A stretch of 64,000 bases of DNA, from contig CAVUXE010000009.1 of NCBI GenBank assembly GCA_963745235.1, positions 187,402 to 251,401 on the forward strand, in the 5' to 3' direction. Both the position numbers and the translations under genes were made by a program. The stretch is from an uncultured Spirochaetota bacterium. Its GTDB lineage: Bacteria > Spirochaetota > Spirochaetia > SZUA-6 > Fen-1364. This document shows, piece by piece, positions 30,378 through 41,822 of this stretch (the stretch's first letter is position 1; every line of letters begins with the position of its first letter). A model generated the notes under the pieces. That model saw only the letters and a list, made by a program, of their open reading frames with translations. It did no database searches and was not told the origin of the DNA.

Positions 30378-31422
30378 CTTTGACCGGGTGACCGCTCTCG
30401 GAAGACTCCACGCTCGCTTCCAGGTACGCCTGCACCTTGGCTCCGTTTCTGAAATCCGAAGCATCGTCCTTCCCCGTTCGGATGCACGTGATGAACCGTT
30501 CGTACTGCGTCGGCGTCCGCCCGCTTTTGACCACTCGCCATTGGGCCGCGCGGGCCGCTTTCCTTCCTTTCACGAGGCGGTAGCCGGAAGGGTCACGATC
30601 CAGGTCCACTTCCACCGCGCCATCGTCCCCGTACACGCGCACGCGAAGGCTGTTCTGGTGGCCTGGTGCCCAGCGCGTGGCATGCACCGTGCCGATCCCG
30701 CCGGTTTCCAGTTCGATGGTGGAGACGAAGCTGTCGTTGGCATCCAGCACGTAGGGCCCGATCCGGTTTCCCTTCACGCCTTTGGGGAATGTCCGCAGGA
30801 GGCAGGAGATCCGGCGGATGTCGCCGCAGAGAAGCCCCACAAGGTCGTAGATGTGGCAGCCGATGTCGCCAAGGGTCCCCGCGCTGCCATGGCGGGTGGA
30901 CAGCCTCCACGTGAAGGAAGGCTTGGTGCGCCAGTCCCCCCAGGCGTCCTGCGCGAGCCAGCTCTGCAGGTAGCTCGCCTCAACGTGCATGATCCTGCCG
31001 ATCCCGCCGGACCTGAGGAGGTCCGCCGCCGCTTGCGCGCCCGAGGAGTTGCGGTAGCTGAAATTGACCATCCCGATGGTCTTGCGCCGGGCCGCCGCGT
31101 CCCGCATCCTGCGCGCGTCCGCGAGCGTGGTGGCAAGGGGCTTCTCGCATAGAACGGCTGCTCCCCTGGCAATTGCCGCAAGGGTGATGGGGGCATGCAT
31201 GATGTCCGTCGTGACGTTGGCTACCCCGTCCAGCTGTTCCTTTTCAAGGAGCTCGCTGGAGTCCGTGTACCACCGGGGGATCTTCCATGCGCGGGCAAAC
31301 GCGCGCGCCTTGTCCGCGTCGATGTCGCAGCACGCCGCAAGCGTCACGCCCCGCATGGCCCCGAAGCTGCGCGCGTGCGCTCCCGCCATGTTGCCCGTCC
31401 CGATGATGCCCAGCTGGATCAT
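30367..31422 (-). CDS. Gfo/Idh/MocA oxidoreductase
   Basis: GIIGTGNMA, LCEKPLA, GTLGDIGCHIYD. Confidence 0.92.
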   Translation of the reverse strand: MIQLGIIGTGNMAGAHARSFGAMRGVTLAACCDIDADKARAFARAWKIPRWYTDSSELLEKEQLDGVANVTTDIMHAPITLAAIARGAAVLCEKPLATTLADARRMRDAAARRKTIGMVNFSYRNSSGAQAAADLLRSGGIGRIMHVEASYLQSWLAQDAWGDWRTKPSFTWRLSTRHGSAGTLGDIGCHIYDLVGLLCGDIRRISCLLRTFPKGVKGNRIGPYVLDANDSFVSTIELETGGIGTVHATRWAPGHQNSLRVRVYGDDGAVEVDLDRDPSGYRLVKGRKAARAAQWRVVKSGRTPTQYERFITCIRTGKDDASDFRNGAKVQAYLEASVESSESGHPVKVKL

Positions 31423-31441
31423 GGGGGAGACTGTAGCGGAG

Positions 31442-31771
31442 CTATACCTGCCAGTCCAGCACGTACTTCCCGTCGAAGTCCGTGAACCCGCCGACCACGA
31501 TGGTGATGAAGTCTATGACGACCCAGATCCCGAAGCCTCCGGCGGTGATGAGCATCAGGACGCCCGTCCCCACCTTGCCGACGTAGAAACGATGGACGCC
31601 AAGCCACCCCAGGAAAATGCAGAACAGGAGGGTCGCCAGCCGGCTCTTCGGGCTTACCGTCTTGTCGCTGCGAAAGCCAGGGGCCATGCCGGGCGAGCGC
31701 ACCGGGTGCCCGCAGTTGGGGCAGTACACGGCCTGGTTCGAAAGCTCTTTGCCGCAGTTCACGCAGAACAT
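31442..31771 (-). CDS. Zinc-ribbon plus TM2-domain protein
   Basis: CVNC..CPNC; FLGWLGVHRFYVGK. Confidence 0.88.
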   Translation of the reverse strand: MFCVNCGKELSNQAVYCPNCGHPVRSPGMAPGFRSDKTVSPKSRLATLLFCIFLGWLGVHRFYVGKVGTGVLMLITAGGFGIWVVIDFITIVVGGFTDFDGKYVLDWQV

Positions 31772-31820
31772 GATGGTCACCTCCGCTCCCCATTCAACAC
31801 CGACGGGAGCGCACAGCGTT

Positions 31821-33018
31821 CTAGTAGTCGTACTTCTTTGCGATGGCCACCAGCAGCTCGTCCATCTTCAGGAAGATGCTCACCAGCTCGGGATCGAACT
31901 TCTTGCCGGCCTGGTAGCGCATGTAGCGAAGCGCGTGCTCCTGCCGCCAGCCCTTCTTGTAGGCCCGCTGCGAGACAAGGGCGTCGTAGACGTCCGCGAT
32001 GGTGACTACCCGCGCGGAAAGGGGAATCTCCGTGCCCCGCTTGCCCGGCCCCATGTAGATCTTGGGCGCGTAGATGTTGTCGATGCGGCCGGGGTACCCC
32101 GTGCCATCCCAGTTCTCGTGGTGGTTGAGCGCCACCTCCGCGGACATGTAGTCCCAGAATGAGGTGGTGCGGCGTGAACAGGCGGGCGCCGCGGACGGTG
32201 TGCTCCCGCATGATGAGCGTCTCGTCATAGGTGAGGCCGCCCGGCTTTTTCAGGATGATGTCGCTCACGGCGATCTTGCCCACGTCGTGAAGGATGGCCG
32301 CGGTGCGAAGCACGTCGCGCACTTTGCGGATCTCCCGGGGGGAAATGCCCCGACGATGGGCCCACTTCTCGTACAGCTCCACCGCGTAGGCGCCGACCCG
32401 CTTTGCGTGCTGGCTCGTTTCGTAGGGGTCGCGCAGCTCCGCGAGCTCCACCATGCGCAGCACCATCTCCCGGGACAGTCGCGCCTTCTCGATGGCATCC
32501 GCCGCGTTCAGGGCGAACTGCGATATGAACAGCTCGTCCTGGACCGAGAAGGCAACGACCTCTCCCTTCTCGTTCTTCGCGTTGATGAGCTGGAGGACCC
32601 CCACGATCTCGTTGTCCCGGGTCTTCAGGGGCACGCAGAGGATGGAGGCCGTGCGGTAGCTCGTCTTCTGATCGAAGGCCGGGTTGAACGTGTACGAGAC
32701 GCTGCTCTGGATGTGGTAGACGTCGTCGATGAGGATCGTTTCCCCGGTCTTGGCCACGTACCCGGCCAGGGAGCTCTTGTCGATGGCCAGCGCGGCGCCG
32801 CTGGGGATGTACTTGTCCTTTGTCTCCCCGCGGAAAAGGGTGTCGTTCTGCACGAAGCTGAAGTACAGGTAGCCCCGGGCGGCCAGGTAGATGGTGCCGG
32901 CGTCCGCGTTCACGAACTGCCGCGCCTCGGTGAGCACCCTCTCCAGCAACGAGTCGAGGTCCCTGATTGAATAGAGGGTTTCGATGGTGCGGAACAACTT
33001 CAAGCTATCGCGCTTCAT
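31821..33018 (-). CDS. GAF plus HD-GYP phosphodiesterase, frameshifted near 32170
   Basis: LHDVGK in the upstream frame; HHENWDGTGYP and ADVYDAL in the downstream frame. Confidence 0.88.
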
Positions 33019-33058
33019 GGGGCGTAATTCACTAGTATAGTAACAAAGAGGCTCACCC

Positions 33059-33751
33059 TCAAGTCTGAGGTGAGAAAAGGAAGGTTCGCAGGTCCTCTAT
33101 GCGGGAGAAGTAGGCAACGGCGTTCGCCCTCATGTAGCTTTCGATCTCCGGCACCCTGTGGCTCCACCCGGCGGCCGCGGCCGGCACGCCGGTGGCGCGG
33201 GACATGAGGATCCCCGGCTTCAGGTCGTCAAGGATCAGGGCCTGCGAAGGGGCGCAGCCCAGTTGACGCAGGGCCTCCTGGACCGGCCAGGGGCTTGGCT
33301 TGCGCCGGTTCTCGTCGTGGTCCCAGCCGAAGACGAGGTCAGGAAGGAAGGGCGGATCCTGCGCGGCCCGGTAGTGGCCCTGGATGACATCCTTCTCGGA
33401 ATGCGAGATCACGACCACTTTCCCGCCGTCATCCCGGTAATCCTCCAGCAGCTCGATGAAGCCCGGGAAGAAAGGCGGGGTGCGGCTCGTCGTCCATCTC
33501 CGCCAGATCACGAACTCCTGGGCCAGCTCGTCACGGGTCATCTTCAGCTCCCCGACCAGGTAGTCCATGATGCCGTGGAAATTGTGCAGGAGGAACTGCT
33601 CCTGCGAGGGCGGCCTTCGCCCTGGGCGCAGGGTGGCAAGCGCCTCCAGGTGGGCGGGGTAATGAACCACCGACATGCTGTCAACGGCAGTGTCATCATG
33701 GTCCACCAGGAGACATGCGTAGCGAAGGGCGATTGCGCTTGGAGACCCCAT
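33059..33751 (-). CDS. HAD-family hydrolase
   Basis: DHDDT motif I, KPSP, ILDD. Confidence 0.82.
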   Translation of the reverse strand: MGSPSAIALRYACLLVDHDDTAVDSMSVVHYPAHLEALATLRPGRRPPSQEQFLLHNFHGIMDYLVGELKMTRDELAQEFVIWRRWTTSRTPPFFPGFIELLEDYRDDGGKVVVISHSEKDVIQGHYRAAQDPPFLPDLVFGWDHDENRRKPSPWPVQEALRQLGCAPSQALILDDLKPGILMSRATGVPAAAAGWSHRVPEIESYMRANAVAYFSRIEDLRTFLFSPQT

Positions 33752-33767
33752 TCCGTATATTATAGCC

Positions 33768-34712
33768 ATGCCAAGGGAAAAAGTCGCTCGCGCCCTCCTG
33801 TCCTGCGCAGGTATCTTTCTCCTTGTGGCACTCACCTCCTGCACCAGCCTTGCAGTGCGGGCAGTGGCGGGAGTCCTCTCCGGAGGAGGGGAGAGCAACG
33901 TCTTCTCCACGGATGATGATACCGAGCTGGTCCGTGATGCGCTTCCCTTTGCGCTGAAGACCTACGAGGCGCTCCTCCAGGCGGACCCTGAGAATGCGCA
34001 GCTAGCCCTGGCCACCGCACAGGCGTTTGCCGGCTACACGTTCGCGTTCGTCGAGATACCCGCGGACGAGCTTCCCGTGGACCGCGTGGACGACCAGCTG
34101 GCCATGCATAACCGGGCCAGGAAGCTGTTCCTTCGCGCCCGTGACTACGCCCTCAAGGGCCTGGAAGTCCGGCGTCACGGATTCCGCGCCGCGCTGGAGA
34201 CCAAAGGTCCCGAAGCCGCGCTGAAGCTGGCACGGCCGGAAGACATCGACTACCTCTACTGGGCCGGGGCCGCCTGGCTGGGGGCGTTCAGCGCGGAGCC
34301 GTTCGATTTCTCCCTGATCGTCACGCTTCCGCGGGCCACGGCGCTGCTCGCGCAGGTGCAGGCGTGGAACGATTCCTACGGCAACGGCGCGGTGCATGAG
34401 ATCTTCATTTCGTACTACGCCTCGGCGCCCGTTGACCTCGGGGGAAGCGAGGAGAAGGCGCGGGCGGAGTTCGCGCGCGCCGTGGAGCTTTCACGCGGTC
34501 ACTCGGCCGGCCCGTACGTCGCCCTGGCCTCTTCCCTCAGCATCAAGACGCAGAACGAGGCGGAGTTCCGGGATCTCCTTGCCAAGGCCCTTGCCGTTGA
34601 CGTGAATGCCGTCCCTTCCCAGAGGCTCACCAACACCATCAACCAGCAAAAAGCCCGCTGGATGCTTGACCACATTGATAGATTCTTCCTGGAAGGACAG
34701 GACGGCCAATGA
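33768..34712 (+). CDS. TRAP-associated TatT lipoprotein
   Basis: Lipobox LTSC; DTELVRDALPFALKTYE; upstream of dctP. Confidence 0.85.
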   Translation: MPREKVARALLSCAGIFLLVALTSCTSLAVRAVAGVLSGGGESNVFSTDDDTELVRDALPFALKTYEALLQADPENAQLALATAQAFAGYTFAFVEIPADELPVDRVDDQLAMHNRARKLFLRARDYALKGLEVRRHGFRAALETKGPEAALKLARPEDIDYLYWAGAAWLGAFSAEPFDFSLIVTLPRATALLAQVQAWNDSYGNGAVHEIFISYYASAPVDLGGSEEKARAEFARAVELSRGHSAGPYVALASSLSIKTQNEAEFRDLLAKALAVDVNAVPSQRLTNTINQQKARWMLDHIDRFFLEGQDGQ

Positions 34713-35713
34713 AAGCGCCTCGACTATTGATTGTCATTCTTCTCCTTGCCGCCGGTTACGCCGCTGCAGGGGCCCTCACCATCAAGCTGGGGACCCTCGC
34801 GCCCATCGGCTCGCCGTGGGAAATAGGGCTTCGCCGGATTGCTGCGGATTGGGACAGGATCTCCGGCGGCACGGTGACCCTGCGGATCTACGCCGGGGGA
34901 ATAGCCGGAGACGAGCCGGACATGGTGCGCAAGATGCGCATCGGCACCTTGAACGCGGCCGGGATCACCGTGAGCGGACTGCAGGGAATCTTCAAGGGAT
35001 TCAAGACTCTCAGCTACCCTCTTCTGGTAAGGAATGACGACGAGCTCTCCGACGTGCTGGACCACATGAAGCCGTTCTTCGAGCAGGAACTGGAAAAGCG
35101 GGGGTTCCACGCCGTCATGTGGTCTCCGGGAGGGTGGGTCTACATTTTCTCCCGCCGGCCTGTCGTGTACCCGCAGGACCTCAAGAGCCAGAAGCTCTGG
35201 GTGTGGTCGGATGATCCTGACGAGGTCCAGGCCTACCAGCGGGCCGGCTTCCAGACAGTGTCCCTTGCGGTCACGGACCTCATGATTTCCCTCCAGGGCG
35301 GGATGATAGATGCTCTGGTCACCAGCCCGCTCCTTGCCGCCTCCAACCAGTGGTTCGGCATTGTCAACAACATGAGCACCATCAAGCTGGGCCCCCTGTG
35401 GGGCGCCACTCTTGTCACCGAGAAGACCTGGTCGGAGGTCCCGGCGGATCTGCGCCCGAAGCTGATGGAAGCGGCGCAGAAGGTCGCCGACTCCCTGGCC
35501 CCTGACCTGGCCAAAGCAGACGACCAGGCCATCGCGATCATGAAGAAATACGGCCTGACCATCAACAAAGTCCCCCCGAAAGCGGAGGCAGAATGGGCGG
35601 ATCTCCTGGACAAGACTTTCTCCGGGCTCGTCGGGACGACATACGATAAGACAAGCTACGACATGGCCGTCAAGTACCTGAATGAATACCTCGCAGCCCA
35701 CCCCCGACCCTAG
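34709..35713 (+). CDS. dctP: TRAP substrate-binding protein DctP (TatP-type)
   Basis: IKLGTLAPIGSPW, YAGGIAGDE, RKMRIG. Confidence 0.88.
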   Translation: MKAPRLLIVILLLAAGYAAAGALTIKLGTLAPIGSPWEIGLRRIAADWDRISGGTVTLRIYAGGIAGDEPDMVRKMRIGTLNAAGITVSGLQGIFKGFKTLSYPLLVRNDDELSDVLDHMKPFFEQELEKRGFHAVMWSPGGWVYIFSRRPVVYPQDLKSQKLWVWSDDPDEVQAYQRAGFQTVSLAVTDLMISLQGGMIDALVTSPLLAASNQWFGIVNNMSTIKLGPLWGATLVTEKTWSEVPADLRPKLMEAAQKVADSLAPDLAKADDQAIAIMKKYGLTINKVPPKAEAEWADLLDKTFSGLVGTTYDKTSYDMAVKYLNEYLAAHPRP

Positions 35714-37588
35714 GACGGTGGACCGCGGGGGCAGGAGGACTCTCGCCCGCGCAGAGGACGTTTTTTCGGTCGTCCTCATTGGCCTCATGGCAATCCTTTC
35801 CCTCACGCCGGTGGTGTCGCGGCTCTTCCTGGTGGCGGACATCAGAGGGTCCACCGACTACATCCGGCAGCTGGTCCTCTGGATCGCCTTCGCCGGGGGC
35901 GCCATCACCTCCCGAGAGGGACGCCATCTCGCGCTGAGCTTCGGGTATGACGCGTTGGGCGCCAGGACAAAAGAATGGGTGAGGGCGGTCACCTCGCTGA
36001 TCGACGTCCTGTTCCTGACGATCCTGACCCTCGCCAGTCTCTCTTTCTCCCTGGTGGGGTTCGACCCGTCTGCGATGGTGGGGATCATACCCTCCTGGAT
36101 TCTCTCCCTCGTCATGCCTGCCGGTTTCCTGGTCATGATGGCGCGCGCCATCCGCGGCTCCGCCGAACGCCCCGTTCTGCGATGGATCGCCGCGGCGGGG
36201 ATCCTGCCGGGACTGGCCTTCGGGCTTGCGCCCCTCTCCAATCTCCTGGCATCTGCCGGCGCACTAGGACAGGCAAGCGCCGCGGCGCAGGCGGCTCTTG
36301 CTCCGGCCCTGGGAGCGCTCTTCCTGCCCCTGATCCTGCTGCTGGTGGTGTCCACGGTGCTTGGCAGCCCCATCTACATCCTCCTGGGGGGCCTGGCTGT
36401 CCTCTTCTTCTTCCACTCCGGCGGCGCGCTGGAGGCGGTGCCCAACGAAGGGTACGTGATGCTCTCCGGACCGCTGATCCCCGCGATCCCGCTCTTCACG
36501 CTCGCCGGCTTCATCATCTCTGAAAGCAAGGCGGGGGAGAGGCTGGTGCGGCTTTTCCGCGCGGTCCTGGGCTGGCTTCCCGGCGGGGCCACGATCATGA
36601 GCGTCCTCATCTGCGCTTTCCTGACAACCTTCACGGGGGCTTCCGGCGTGACCATCCTTGCCGCCGGCGGCCTCCTCATGTACATCCTCAACCAGGACGG
36701 GTATCGGACCCGGTTTTCAGCGGGGCTTTTGACCGCATCCGGAAGCGTCGGGCTTCTCTTCCCGCCGAGCCTCCCCGTGATTCTCTATGGGGTCATTGCG
36801 CAGGTGAACATCAAGGAGCTGTACGCCGGGGGAATTCTCCCGGCCTTTTCATGGTCCTGACCCTTGCGGTCATGGGGGTGATCGAGTCCACGCGGCACAA
36901 GGCCCCGCGCACCCCCTTCACGCTGAAGGAGGCTCTCCCCGCCCTGCGGGACACGGTCTTCGAGATCCTCCTGCCCATCCTGATCCTCTTCCTCTTCCTG
37001 CGCGGGATCATGACGCTGGTGGAGACCGCCGCGTTCTCCGTGGTGTACGCGTTCGTGGTGGAGGTGATCATTCACAGGGATATCAAGCTTCGGAATATCC
37101 CCTCCGTCTTTCTCAAGAGCGTCGTGATCATGGGCGGGGTGCTCGTCATTCTCTGGACCGCGAACGGGCTTTCCTACTACCTGGTTGACGCGCAGCTTCC
37201 CACGCGCATGGTGCACTGGATGCACGCCACAATCGGCTCGAAAATCGTGTTCCTGCTCCTGGTGAACCTGGTGCTCCTGGTGGTGGGGTCGTTCCTGGAA
37301 ATCTATTCTTCCATCACGATTGTGGCGCCCCTCATTGTGCCCCTGGGCGTGGCGTACGGGGTCAATCCCCTCCACCTGGGGATCATCTTCCTTGCAAACA
37401 TGGAGCTGGGCTACCTGATGCCGCCGGTGGGGCTCAACCTCTTCCTGTCCTCGTACCGCTTCGAGAGGCCCCTGGCCACCCTGTACCGCGATGTGCTTCC
37501 GTTCCTTCTGGTGCTTCTTGCGGCTGTGCTGGTCATCACCTATGTGCCGTGGCTGACCTCCGCGCTTCGTCCGCTCGTGAAGTTCTAG
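35682..37588 (+). CDS. Fused TRAP DctQ-DctM permease, frameshifted near 36850
   Basis: AIPLFTLAG, GSVGLLFPPS, NMELGYLMPPVGLNLF; start uncertain. Confidence 0.85.
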
Positions 37589-37613
37589 CCCGGGGGACGC
37601 GCTGTTCCGGGAA

Positions 37614-37862
37614 TCAGGTCATGTCGATGGGAGAACGCTCCGCGTTGTGCGGGTCGCGCTCCCCGTTGAGGAAGTAGAAGCTCGTGCGGATGCGTGTCCC
37701 GTTTTTCACGGAGATGCGGCCATCCTTCAGCCAATGGTGGATGGTGCGCTGGTTTCTCTGGAACATCCGCGCGAGGTCCGCCGGGGACATCTCGTATTCC
37801 CTGCTGATCCATCTCAGCATCGACTGCGGGGTCTTCTCGCGCATACTCCACTCCTCGTTCAT
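37614..37862 (-). CDS. Small putative HTH protein
   Basis: SPADLARMFQRNQRTIHHWLK HTH-like segment; RBS upstream. Confidence 0.55.
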   Translation of the reverse strand: MNEEWSMREKTPQSMLRWISREYEMSPADLARMFQRNQRTIHHWLKDGRISVKNGTRIRTSFYFLNGERDPHNAERSPIDMT

Positions 37863-37994
37863 CTCCCTGTCCTCCGGGCTTCCCGCGCCCGCCTCTCTTT
37901 CCTAGTATCGGAGGTGTTTTCAGGCGACTCAACACCGACTGGCAGCACTGGCAGTCGTGATTCTTTCGGAGTACAATCAGCGGTGGCACATTCC

Positions 37995-39308
37995 ATGAAG
38001 TTGTGTGGGACCCTTTCCCTCCTGCTGCTCATCGTTTCCTCGTTCCAGCTCCCTGCGCAGAGCCGCACCGTGACGGTGTTGACCCTGGATGGCCCCATAG
38101 ATCCCATCAGCGCCCGCTACGTCCAGCGGGGCCTGGAGCAGGCGGCGCGGGACGGGGCATCCCTGGCCGTCATCCAGATGGACACACCGGGCGGCCTCTC
38201 CGTGTCCATGGACCAGATCGTGGCCAGGATGCTCGCATCTCCCGTGCCCGTCGCGGTGTACGTCTGGCCGGAAGGCGCCCGCGCCGCCTCCGCGGGGGTC
38301 TTCATCGCAATGGCCGCGCAGATTGCAGCCATGGCGCCGGGGACTCACATCGGGGCCGCCCATCCCGTCACCTCCGGGGGCGGCGACATTCCGGGGACCA
38401 TGGGAGAAAAAGTCCTGAATGATACTCTTGCCAAGCTGAAATCCCTGGCGCAGCTTCGCCATCGCAATGTCGCCTGGGCCGAACAGGCCGTGCGCCGAAG
38501 CATGTCCCTCACTGAATCCGAGGCGGTTGCCAGGGGGATAGTGGACTTTTCAGCCCGCGATCTGGATGACCTTCTGCGGCAGGCGGATGGCCGCACCGTG
38601 GACACGCCTCACGGCACCGAGGTGCTTCACACGGCGGGTGCCCTGGAACGGCCCTTTGCCATGAGCTTCATCGACAGGTTTCTCGGCTTCCTGGTGAACC
38701 CCGACATCGCCTACATCCTCCTCATCATCGGGATGTTCGGCATCATCTTCGAGCTGTCGCACCCGGGGCTCGTGGCGCCGGGAATCGCCGGGGGCATTGC
38801 CCTCCTCCTCTCCTTCATTTCCTTCGGAAGCCTTCCGACGAACCTGGGGGGAGTCCTCTTCATCGTGCTTGCCATCGTGCTCTTCATCCTGGACATCAAG
38901 CTGCCCACCCACGGCGTGCTGACAGCAGGGGGAATAGTCTCTTTCGTGCTCGGCTCTTTCCTGCTCTTCCCGCCCTGGCGCGCGCCGCAGCTGCCCACGG
39001 TCCCGAACGTCCGGGTCTCTCCGGCAATCATCGTGGTCATGACCGTCCTGGTCACTTCATTCTTCCTTTTCATCGTATCCAAGGGCCTCCTTGCGCAGAG
39101 GAGGAGGCCGAGCTTCGGCACGGAGTCACTTCCCGGAGCCCGGGGCGTCGCTCTCACGGAGATTGCGCCAGTCGGGCAGGTGCACAGCATGGGCGAGCAG
39201 TGGAGCGCCCGTTCTGTGGAAGGTCCCATCCACGCAGGCGAAAACGTCGAGGTGGTCGGCCGCGAGGGATTGAGTCTCCTCGTGCGCCGAAGTCCGCCCG
39301 GCCCCTAG
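37995..39308 (+). CDS. NfeD-family membrane-bound ClpP-class protease
   Basis: DTPGG, AASAG, IGAAHP, C-terminal OB fold GEQWSARS. Confidence 0.92.
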   Translation: MKLCGTLSLLLLIVSSFQLPAQSRTVTVLTLDGPIDPISARYVQRGLEQAARDGASLAVIQMDTPGGLSVSMDQIVARMLASPVPVAVYVWPEGARAASAGVFIAMAAQIAAMAPGTHIGAAHPVTSGGGDIPGTMGEKVLNDTLAKLKSLAQLRHRNVAWAEQAVRRSMSLTESEAVARGIVDFSARDLDDLLRQADGRTVDTPHGTEVLHTAGALERPFAMSFIDRFLGFLVNPDIAYILLIIGMFGIIFELSHPGLVAPGIAGGIALLLSFISFGSLPTNLGGVLFIVLAIVLFILDIKLPTHGVLTAGGIVSFVLGSFLLFPPWRAPQLPTVPNVRVSPAIIVVMTVLVTSFFLFIVSKGLLAQRRRPSFGTESLPGARGVALTEIAPVGQVHSMGEQWSARSVEGPIHAGENVEVVGREGLSLLVRRSPPGP

Positions 39309-39318
39309 GAGGAGCCTC

Positions 39319-40188
39319 ATGAGTTATCTTCTCACCGCTGTCATCATCATCCTGGTCATCATCATCCTGTCCGCGTCCATCAAGGTGGTGCGGGAGTACC
39401 AGCGCCTGGTGGTGTTCCGGCTCGGCCGCAGCGTCGGCGCGCGCGGCCCCGGCCTCGTATTCCTGATCCCCATCGTGGACAAGCCGGTGTGGACGGACCT
39501 GCGCGAGCTGTACCTGGAGATCCCCAGCCAGACCTGCATCACCAAGGACAACGCGCCCATCGACATCGACTTCCTGATCTACTGGCGCGTCATGGACCCG
39601 AGCCTGTCCGTCATCCAGGTGGCCAACTTCGCCGGGGCAAGCCAGGGAATCGCCACCACCACGCTGCGCGCGGTGATCGGCGACATCCCGCTGGACGACG
39701 TCCTGGCCAAGCGGGAGGAGATCAACCGCGTCCTGCGAACCAAGCTGGACGAGGTGACCGAGCGCTGGGGCGTCAAGGTGACCAGCGTGGAGATCCGGGA
39801 GATCGTGCCGCCCAAGGACATCCAGGACGCCATGAACCGCCAGATGTCCGCGGAGCGCAACAAGCGCGCCATGGTCATCGAGAGCGAAGGAAAGCGGCAG
39901 TCCGCAATCCTCGTGGCGGAGGGAGAGAAGCAGTCGGCCATCCTCAAGGCGGAGGGGGACCGGCAGGCCGCCATCCTGCGGGCCGAAGGTTTTGCACTTG
40001 CCCTGGAGAAGATCTTCGGCACGGCAAAGACAGTGGATTCCAAGACCATGATGCTCCAGTACTTCGACACGCTGAAGCAGATGGGCACGGGCGCGGCCAC
40101 CAAGTTCATCTTCCCCATGGAGTTCGTGAACATGCTGAAGCCGCTCGCTGGCCTGGCCGAAGAGGTGACGAAGAAGGCGGGCGGGTAG
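39319..40188 (+). CDS. SPFH/stomatin-like protein
   Basis: EYQRLVVFRLG, ITKDN, TTLRAVIG, WGVKVTSVEI. Confidence 0.94.
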   Translation: MSYLLTAVIIILVIIILSASIKVVREYQRLVVFRLGRSVGARGPGLVFLIPIVDKPVWTDLRELYLEIPSQTCITKDNAPIDIDFLIYWRVMDPSLSVIQVANFAGASQGIATTTLRAVIGDIPLDDVLAKREEINRVLRTKLDEVTERWGVKVTSVEIREIVPPKDIQDAMNRQMSAERNKRAMVIESEGKRQSAILVAEGEKQSAILKAEGDRQAAILRAEGFALALEKIFGTAKTVDSKTMMLQYFDTLKQMGTGAATKFIFPMEFVNMLKPLAGLAEEVTKKAGG

Positions 40189-40345
40189 CCAGGGCGCAGT
40201 CCGCCCAGGCCTTCGACTCCGTCGGGACACAGGCCGCTCCCGTCCGCTTCTTGTGACTATCCGCGGTTCGCGTTAGGATTCAAGCACACAGCACAAGGAC
40301 AATCCCACGGCTTCGCCGTGGGAGGGGCGGGGGAGGGAAGGCGCA

Positions 40346-40907
40346 ATGGCAGAGCTCCTGAGATGCAAATCCTGCGGCTACATCGTGGAGGCAGGCCGGG
40401 TCGGCGAGGTTTGCCCCGCGTGCGGCGTACCCCGCAAGATGATGGAACCGTGGAAGGATCCGTTGTCCCAGCGACGCAGGTTTCTCCTTGGCCTGGACCT
40501 GCATCCCATTGTGGATCACTTCTCGGTCTCATTCTCTGCGTGCGCCGTGGTTGTCGCCCTGTTCCTGCTTCTTTTCCCAGGGTTCTCCGGAAGGGCCTGC
40601 CGGAAACATCGCGCGGGTATTCATCGGTGTTCTGCCCCTGGCCGTCGTTGCCTCTTACCTTTCCGGCCTGTACGACGGGAAGCTCAGGTTCCGCAAGACT
40701 TCCACACCGGTCCTCCGCAGAAAGAAGCTGCTGGGGATCTTCTTCTTCGTCTTTGCGGCCGGGGCCGCTGCGCTCACCTTCGCTTTCGATCCGTTCCAGC
40801 CGTGGGTGCGAGCCGGGAACGTCGTCCTGGAGGCTGCCGGAGTTGTGTGCGCATTCCTCCTTGGGAGGACCGGGAAGGATCTGCTGAACGCCCTCTTCCC
40901 CGGCTGA
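40346..40907 (+). CDS. Rubredoxin-like domain fused to a membrane domain, frameshifted near 40590
   Basis: CKSCGY..CPACG followed by HPIVDHF and four hydrophobic helices. Confidence 0.7.
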
Positions 40908-40911
40908 ACAA

Positions 40912-40939
40912 GAAGGGCCGCCCGGGAGGGAGGCCCTTC
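40912..40939. terminator. Hairpin between convergent genes
   Basis: gaagggcc...ggcccttc stem. Confidence 0.5.
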
Positions 40940-40959
40940 GGGTCTGGTGAGAAGCGCAG

Positions 40960-41529
40960 CTACTTTTTCAAGGCAGCAATCGCGTCCGCGATCATCTTCT
41001 CTCCATCAGCTACCTGAGCCTGGATTGCGGTCGCCTTCTGCAGCGCAGTTGAAAAGCTGCCTGCGTCCAGGTCCTTCTGCGCATCCGCGAGCGCAACCTT
41101 TGCATCCTGCAGCTGCCTGGCGAAGGTGCCGAAGTTGAGCTTCAATCCCTTGACCTTCTTTGCGGCCGCCAGTTTCTGCGCGGCGTCCGGCAAAGCGCTC
41201 TTCAGAGATTCAATCAGGGTGGTTGCATCTGCCTGGGCCTTTTCCTTGCCCTTGGCTGAGTCGTTGACAGCAGTTTCCGCGGCTGCCTTTGCCTCGATTG
41301 CCAGGCTCTTTACCTTGTCGTAGTGCTTTGCTTCCAGCTCAGTCTGCATCTGTGCCAGCTTGTCCTGGGCCGTCTTCAGGGTATCCGCCGCGTATGCGAC
41401 GATATCCGCGTTCTGGGCCGCGGTCGCGACAGCGGCCTTTGCCGCGTCGATGTCTGCCTGCGGCGGCTTTGCGCACGCGCCGAGGGCCGCGATAAGGACC
41501 ACTGGGATAAGCACTTTCAGGAAACGCAT
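40960..41529 (-). CDS. Alanine-rich coiled-coil lipoprotein (DUF4398-like)
   Basis: Lipobox LGAC-AKPP; helical Ala/Lys-rich body. Confidence 0.75.
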   Translation of the reverse strand: MRFLKVLIPVVLIAALGACAKPPQADIDAAKAAVATAAQNADIVAYAADTLKTAQDKLAQMQTELEAKHYDKVKSLAIEAKAAAETAVNDSAKGKEKAQADATTLIESLKSALPDAAQKLAAAKKVKGLKLNFGTFARQLQDAKVALADAQKDLDAGSFSTALQKATAIQAQVADGEKMIADAIAALKK

Positions 41530-41822
41530 TTGTACAAACCTCCGGACATGAAAACACACCTCGTCGGCACCCGGGCATCAACGATGCTCGTTCTCCATGG
41601 GTAGCGTGGGTACCATGGCGTGTTTACGCATGGTGAACCACTTTCAGAAATGTCTGTCAAGCAAGGTGGGGTCTTGACAAAGAGACCGCCTTTCTCCTCT
41701 CCCGTCTTTCTCTGCCATGTTTACCGCGTGCAGAACTTCGGTAAGCGCGCGACAAACCGCAACTTTTAGAGACCGCATACCCCATGCCATGATGCGTGAA
41801 TCCGGATTGGAGGAGGAGCATC

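Noticed and set aside
208-41000. Many long overlapping or antisense ORFs
   Set aside because: Shadow ORFs expected in high-GC coding DNA; they have no motifs and overlap well-supported genes
41655-41679. Inverted tgtcaag/cttgaca pair as back-to-back promoters or an operator
   Set aside because: No convincing -10 box at the correct spacing on either strand
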